64,000 nucleotides of DNA from Gammaproteobacteria bacterium (GTDB lineage: Bacteria > Pseudomonadota > Gammaproteobacteria > Ga0077536). The first letter of the stretch is position 1, and every line of letters begins with the position of its first letter. Of this stretch, positions 60,192 to 64,000 are shown one piece after another. The translations under genes were made by a program, and so were the position numbers. The stretch lies in assembly GCA_009692265.1 (NCBI GenBank), contig SHZM01000008.1, forward strand, positions 7,991-71,990, written 5' to 3'. Below the pieces are notes generated by a model, which saw nothing but the letters and a program-made list of their open reading frames with translations, had not been told where the DNA came from and made no database searches.

Positions 60192-60722
60192 ATGATTAAC
60201 GCTCCCAAGGGTTTTGCCCTACTCGGCTGGCTGCTGATCACCAGCACGAGCAACGCGGCTGAGGTGGTAGCCGAGCCGGCGTGTTTGAAGGACGAAGGGC
60301 CACGCGCCGCGGTGCTGGGTTATGTCACGGCGATGAAAGAGCAGCGCTTTGAAGAGGCGTATAACTTCGTCACCGAGACGATGACAGACGGCAAATCCGC
60401 TGCCGATTGGGCCGCGCCGCAACGCATGTTATTCAAACTCGGCGGGGTACAGATCGGCGAAATTGACGTGCGCGTGGCCAAGCGCGAACTCAGCGATCCA
60501 ACCACCTGTACGAGCACCGCGATGGTGCCCAATGTGCTGATCGCCGGAGACCTGCTCAATAATCAAGGCAGCACCGAGTTCGAAGTCTATACCGTCATGC
60601 AGGGGGTCGATGGCAAATGGCGGATCGATTCACAACAAACGCTGTTCGACGAACCCTCGATCCATCAATGGTTTCCGGGCGAGACAATCCCCGAGTTCAA
60701 AGACACCGCGGATACTCCTTGA
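60192..60722 (+). CDS. hypothetical exported protein
   Basis: Start at ATG 60192 with AGGAG RBS gives the signal peptide MINAPKGFALLGWLLITSTSNAA. No recognised domain. Confidence 0.45.
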   Translation: MINAPKGFALLGWLLITSTSNAAEVVAEPACLKDEGPRAAVLGYVTAMKEQRFEEAYNFVTETMTDGKSAADWAAPQRMLFKLGGVQIGEIDVRVAKRELSDPTTCTSTAMVPNVLIAGDLLNNQGSTEFEVYTVMQGVDGKWRIDSQQTLFDEPSIHQWFPGETIPEFKDTADTP

Positions 60723-60787
60723 AGTTGTTTTTTCGACCGATCGTCGGCACTGATGTGCCGGCCTCTCTACTTGCCGGTTAGTCATTT

Positions 60788-61435
60788 ATGAACACGACTA
60801 TCCGGGCCGTGCTGTGGGACTTTGGGGGGGTAATAACGACCTCGCCGTTCGACGCCTTCGAGCATTTTGAGCGAACTCACAATCTGCCGCGCGATTTTCT
60901 GCGATCGATCAACGCGACCAACCACACCACCAACGCCTGGGCTCGGTTCGAGGCTAGCCACAGCAGCATCGACGAATTCGATGCTGAATTCGCCGCGGAG
61001 TCCGTCGCGGCAGGCTACGAAGTTCGCGGGCGCGTGGTGCTTGGGCTTCTCGGCGGACGGGTTCGTCCGCGCATGGTCGAAGTGCTCAAAACCTGCAAAC
61101 AGCATTACCAAGTAGTCTGTCTGACGAACAATATGAACACTGGTGAGGGCCCTGGGATCTGGGGGAGCCCGGAGCGAGTCGCCGAGGTCGACGCGGCGAT
61201 GGCTCTGTTCGATGAGGTGATAGAGTCCAGTAAAATTGGGCTGCGTAAACCCGATCCACGCATCTATGCCCTGGCCTGTGAGCGGATGCGCACGGCACCG
61301 GCTGAAGTCGTCTATCTGGATGATCTCGGCATCAACTTGAAACCCGCCAAAGTCCTGGGCATGCACACGATTAAGGTGACGAGTGAGGCGCAGGCCATCA
61401 CGGATCTCGGGAAGGTCTTGGAAATTAATTTTTAG
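60788..61435 (+). CDS. HAD-superfamily hydrolase
   Basis: N-terminal DFGGV motif I and C-terminal DD motif. Confidence 0.8.
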   Translation: MNTTIRAVLWDFGGVITTSPFDAFEHFERTHNLPRDFLRSINATNHTTNAWARFEASHSSIDEFDAEFAAESVAAGYEVRGRVVLGLLGGRVRPRMVEVLKTCKQHYQVVCLTNNMNTGEGPGIWGSPERVAEVDAAMALFDEVIESSKIGLRKPDPRIYALACERMRTAPAEVVYLDDLGINLKPAKVLGMHTIKVTSEAQAITDLGKVLEINF

Positions 61436-61443
61436 AGGTACCC

Positions 61444-62271
61444 TTAAGCCGCGAGTCCCTCGCCGGCTAGGAATGGTTTCAACAAGCGCTCGGATTCCGC
61501 CCACAAGGATTCCGCAGCGCGCTCATCCATGGCGTTTTGAGCGGGTTTCGTGTCGCGACAATCAACGAAATAGCGGCCGCTAACTTTCGCCACCGCGGGG
61601 TCCAACGCGAGATAGACCGAGGTTCGCGCACCGCTCAGCGGCAATCCGCCGCCGTTGCCGAATCCAGCTCGCAGCAGTTTGGTGCCAATGACACCTGGGT
61701 GAAGGGCATTAACGGTGATGTCCGTGCGAGCAAGCCGCTTCGCTAGCGCACGGGTCCATAGCAGATTCGCGAGCTTCGAATTGGAATAGGCACCGTAGGC
61801 CGACCAATTCTTGGGCTGCGTAAAATCAGTGAGATCAAGTCGGCCGCTATGGTGTGTCCCGGAACTCACGACGACAATTCGCGCGTGAGGTGCGGCCTGC
61901 AGCAGTGGTAACAGCAGGCGAGTGAGCAGGTGATGGGCGAGATGATTGATGGCCATGGTGCGTTCAAAGCCATCCACCGTGAGCGCAGACGTGCGCTCGT
62001 AGACACCTGCATTGGTGATCAGGCAGTTCAACTCTGGACCAGCGGCGCGTACTTGGCTTGCCAACGCAACGACTTCCGACATTCGCGAGAGATCGCCCCA
62101 TACCGGAATCGCGCGACCGCCGTGCCGATCTTCATTCAACGCAGTACTCAGCGAGGTTGCGCGAGTTTCACTGCGCCCGTGCACCAGCACTTCTGCTTTT
62201 GTGGCCAACAACTGGCGGGCCGTTTCCAGACCAATTCCATCGGTCGCGCCCGTTACCATGATCTGCGGCAT
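61444..62271 (-). CDS. SDR family oxidoreductase (retinol-dehydrogenase-like)
   Basis: MPQIMVTGATDGIG… Rossmann fold and YxxxK. Confidence 0.85.
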   Translation of the reverse strand: MPQIMVTGATDGIGLETARQLLATKAEVLVHGRSETRATSLSTALNEDRHGGRAIPVWGDLSRMSEVVALASQVRAAGPELNCLITNAGVYERTSALTVDGFERTMAINHLAHHLLTRLLLPLLQAAPHARIVVVSSGTHHSGRLDLTDFTQPKNWSAYGAYSNSKLANLLWTRALAKRLARTDITVNALHPGVIGTKLLRAGFGNGGGLPLSGARTSVYLALDPAVAKVSGRYFVDCRDTKPAQNAMDERAAESLWAESERLLKPFLAGEGLAA

Positions 62272-62417
62272 AACAAGCTCCTGTCAGGTGAACGAATGAG
62301 GTCGCGGCTCGCGCGAAACTTCTCCGCGACTCCGGGACTTTACCGCAAGCACATTGCGGGGTGAAATCGCGGGAAGGTTTCGTCCGGCGAGTTCGACGGC
62401 TCCCGTATACTGCCGCG

Positions 62418-64000
62418 ATGGAACCCGATCGTCACCTCGATCCCCCCGCGCCACGCCTGCCGGACACTCCGCTCGCGTTTGTGCTGCACTTCGTGCGCCT
62501 GTATTGGCCCGCGGTGCTGGCGGTCGGTGTACTCGAATGCGGGCAATCGAGTTCCGCGATCATGCTGCCGTACGCGATCAAGCAGATCATGGATGCGGTC
62601 ACAGCCGCACAGAATACGGGGGCCGACGTGTGGTCGATGCTGGAAGCACCGCTGACCTTATTCGCGCTACTGAATGTTGGCTTGGTGGTGTTCTCGCGCG
62701 GTAGCGGCACCATCCTCGTCATGCTCGGACCGGCCTTGCGGCGGCGGATTCGGCGCCAGCTTTTCGCCTACCTACAGCACCATTCGCAGCGTTACTTCCT
62801 CAGCAATTTTGCGGGCTCCTTGGCGAATCGCATCGCTGAAACTTCCATGAGCACGGCGCAGGTATTGTGGACCGTGATGTTCGATTTTCTACCACTGGCG
62901 ATCACGTGTTCGGTGTCGTTGGTCCTGCTGACGCGGGTGAATCCGAATCTGGCACTGATCCTTGCGGTGTGGATCGCGTTTTACGTTCTCGTGTCGTTCG
63001 CGCTGGCCTTGCGCTGTCGCCGCTATGCGCGCGAATACGCGGCCGCGCGCAGCCTGGTAAGCGGCAAGATAGTGGATTCCGTTACCAACATCATGAATTC
63101 AAAGTTATTCGCCCGCCGCGATTTCGAGCGTGAATATCTGGAGCATTACTTAAACATCGAAGTCAAACGTGCGCGACGCACGTTTTGGTTCATGGAAGGG
63201 ATCCGGTGGTTCCAGTTTATCGCCGCGGCGTGCTTGATGGTCGGCATCGTGTACTACGCCGTACAGTTGTGGGCAGGGGGGGGCATGACTCCCGGCGAGT
63301 TCGCGATGTCGGCGAGCTTGTGCTTGCTCTTGATCGAGCAGGCGCGCGGTTTGAGTCGAAAGTTCCTGGAATTTTTCGAATATATCGGCAACGTCAACGA
63401 CGGTGTGTCAGTGATTATTCGCCCGCACGAGGTGATCGATCGTAAGCAAGCGACGGCCTTGGCGATAACCCAAGGGCGGATTCGGATCGAAAATCTACAA
63501 TTCTCGTATGTCCCGCACAGGGCAGTGTTTTCGAACCTGATGTTGGAAATTCCGCCAGGCCAGAAACTTGGACTAGTGGGATTCTCCGGTTCCGGCAAGA
63601 GTACATTGCTCAACTTAATCTTGCGTCTGTTTGAACCGCAGGGTGGGCGGATCCTGATCGACGGGCAGGATACTCAAGCCGTGACCCAGGAAAGCCTGCG
63701 CGCGGCGATCGCGATGATCCCGCAGGACCCGATGCTGTTTCATCGTAGCCTGATAGACAATGTGCGGTATGGCCGGCTCGACGCCACCGATGACGAAGTC
63801 ATCGCGGCCGCGCACCGTGCTCACGCGCATGAATTCATTTTGCAGACCGAGGAGCAGTATCAATCCTTGGTAGGCGAGCGGGGGGTCAAGCTCTCAGGGG
63901 GGCAACGCCAACGGATCGCGCTGGCACGCGCAATCTTGAAGGATTCTCCCATCCTGCTGCTCGATGAGGCGACGAGCTCGCTGGATTCCGTGACCGAGCA
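62418..64000 (+). CDS. partial CDS (3' end beyond window): ABC transporter, fused permease/ATP-binding exporter (MsbA-like)
   Basis: Not in the ORF track because it has no stop. From ATG 62418 it runs six TM helices, then Walker A GFSGSGKST, signature LSGGQRQR and Walker B ILLLDEATS, to the window edge. Confidence 0.8.
   Translation, partial: MEPDRHLDPPAPRLPDTPLAFVLHFVRLYWPAVLAVGVLECGQSSSAIMLPYAIKQIMDAVTAAQNTGADVWSMLEAPLTLFALLNVGLVVFSRGSGTILVMLGPALRRRIRRQLFAYLQHHSQRYFLSNFAGSLANRIAETSMSTAQVLWTVMFDFLPLAITCSVSLVLLTRVNPNLALILAVWIAFYVLVSFALALRCRRYAREYAAARSLVSGKIVDSVTNIMNSKLFARRDFEREYLEHYLNIEVKRARRTFWFMEGIRWFQFIAAACLMVGIVYYAVQLWAGGGMTPGEFAMSASLCLLLIEQARGLSRKFLEFFEYIGNVNDGVSVIIRPHEVIDRKQATALAITQGRIRIENLQFSYVPHRAVFSNLMLEIPPGQKLGLVGFSGSGKSTLLNLILRLFEPQGGRILIDGQDTQAVTQESLRAAIAMIPQDPMLFHRSLIDNVRYGRLDATDDEVIAAAHRAHAHEFILQTEEQYQSLVGERGVKLSGGQRQRIALARAILKDSPILLLDEATSSLDSVTE

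Overview
High-GC (~65%) bacterial chromosomal segment, most likely proteobacterial. It contains a PEP-CTERM/exosortase-type protein set, a split class II RNR (NrdJa/NrdJb) and the B12-dependent fused isobutyryl-CoA mutase IcmF. Coding density is high (about 60 protein genes and one tRNA-Leu) and the content is mainly catabolic and oxygenase-rich: two tandem Rieske dioxygenase alpha/beta pairs, a cytochrome P450, a HAPMO-like Baeyer-Villiger monooxygenase, five luciferase-like (LLM) flavin monooxygenases, an FAD monooxygenase, an orphan CoxL-type molybdopterin subunit and a haloalkane dehalogenase next to an FlK-like thioesterase. Housekeeping genes include panB, tesB, pdxJ and nrdJab. The most striking direct observation is a cluster of disrupted but otherwise intact-looking genes. 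Three have in-frame stop codons (TGA in a Rieske alpha subunit, TGA in a choline/aminoglycoside-kinase-like gene, TAA between the signal peptide and CHRD domain of a PEP-CTERM protein). At least four have frameshifts (HAPMO-like BVMO, Gfo/Idh/MocA oxidoreductase, a large PEP-CTERM protein, and a hydantoinase remnant beside tRNA-Leu); the first three of these sit at short homopolymer runs. Other points worth follow-up are a tandem triplet of phage tail-collar (COG4675/MdpB-like) paralogs with a GNAT acetyltransferase next to PEP-CTERM proteins, a TetR-IcmF-cytoplasmic BtuF-like-DUF1289 module, a Ser/Thr kinase-HDOD fusion, and several repeated palindromic noncoding motifs. No CRISPR array, IS element or integrase was recognised.
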